From an uncultured Actinomycetes bacterium (lineage in GTDB: Bacteria > Actinomycetota > Acidimicrobiia > Acidimicrobiales > CADCTF01): DNA of 64,000 nt. Positions 63,236-64,000 of the stretch are shown one piece after another; within the stretch, counting starts at the first letter, position 1; each line of letters begins with the position of its first letter. The stretch covers positions 322,069-386,068 of the forward strand of contig CAVVPZ010000009.1 in assembly GCA_963750255.1 (NCBI GenBank). Direction: 5' to 3'. A program made the translations under genes and the position numbers. The notes beneath the pieces are model-generated. The model searched no databases, had not been told where the DNA came from, and saw only the letters and a list, made by a program, of their open reading frames with translations.

Positions 63236-64000
63236 ACTGTCCCGTCTGCGCTCGACGGCGAACGCATCGATCGCGTCGTGTCGATGCTGACCGAGTTGCC
63301 CAGGGCCGAGGTGGCCGAATTGGTGACCGCCGGCGAGGTTCATCTCAACGGCGCCCCCGTCAGTCGGGGAAGCCGCAAGGTGCGAGAGGGCGACGTCGTC
63401 GAGGTCGCCGTCCCGGCGCGGCCGGTCGAGGCCGTCCTCGAAGCTGACCCCGCCGTCGACGTGGTCGTCGTCCACGAAGACGACGACGTCCTGGTCGTCG
63501 ACAAGGCGCCCGGTGTCGTCGTGCACCCGGGGGCCGGCCATCACACCGGCACCCTCGTCCAGGGCCTGCTGGCCCGCTACCCCGACCTCGCTCGCCTGCC
63601 GGTCGAGGGAGCCGGCGAGGCTGATCGCCCGGGCATCGTTCACCGACTCGATGCCGGCACCTCGGGCCTCCTCGTCGTGGCCCGTAGCCCCGACGCCTAC
63701 CACGCGCTCGTGGCCCAACTCGCGGCACGCACCGTGCGCCGCGAGTACCGCGCCCTCGTTCTCGGCTCGGTCGAGGCCAACGCCGGTGAGGTCGACGCGC
63801 CCATCGGCCGTTCCGAGCGCGACCCGACCCAGATGGCCGTCGCCACGGGTGGCCGAGAGGCCCGCACCCGGTACGAGGTGCTCGGCCGCTACCGCTATCC
63901 CGTCGAGACCACCGAGTTGTCCTGTCGGCTCGAGACCGGCCGCACGCACCAGATCCGCGTACACCTCGCCGCCATCGGCCACCCGGTGGCCGGCGATGGC
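63227..64000 (+). CDS. rluD: RluA/RluD family pseudouridine synthase (runs off the window edge)
   Basis: MKDTVPSALDGERIDR S4 domain; VVDKAPGVVVHP, GIVHRLDAGTSG, LETGRTHQIRVH. Confidence 0.93.
   Translation, partial: MKDTVPSALDGERIDRVVSMLTELPRAEVAELVTAGEVHLNGAPVSRGSRKVREGDVVEVAVPARPVEAVLEADPAVDVVVVHEDDDVLVVDKAPGVVVHPGAGHHTGTLVQGLLARYPDLARLPVEGAGEADRPGIVHRLDAGTSGLLVVARSPDAYHALVAQLAARTVRREYRALVLGSVEANAGEVDAPIGRSERDPTQMAVATGGREARTRYEVLGRYRYPVETTELSCRLETGRTHQIRVHLAAIGHPVAGDG

Overview
Very GC-rich actinobacterial DNA, most likely Acidimicrobiia, judged from the dcw cluster (murB present, no ftsA, then sepF-yggT-divIVA), the lexA/LysM/nrdR block, the dinB-DUF3040-transglutaminase-DUF58-MoxR block and a type-2 IleRS. 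About 60 CDS are supportable. Many carry isolated indels, including essential genes, which most likely reflects long-read errors rather than real pseudogenes. I found no rRNA, tRNA, CRISPR array or transposase. The best candidate for an undescribed system is at 29.4-34.7 kb: a MerR/Xis-like HTH gene divergent from a stand-alone three-repeat Clp-N protein, a MoxR-type AAA+ ATPase, a DUF2201-type vWA protein whose HExxH motif reads HHTGH, and two tandem paralogous unknown proteins sharing a C-H-H-C motif. Other points of interest: two families of length-conserved intergenic palindromes (52 bp and 74 bp, two copies each), five divergent gene pairs with start codons only 18-24 bp apart (bidirectional leaderless promoters), murF missing from the dcw cluster, a membrane-anchored protein with a histone-like tail after divIVA, and a 17-bp triplication at the lspA/rluD junction that creates a relay of coupled mini-ORFs.
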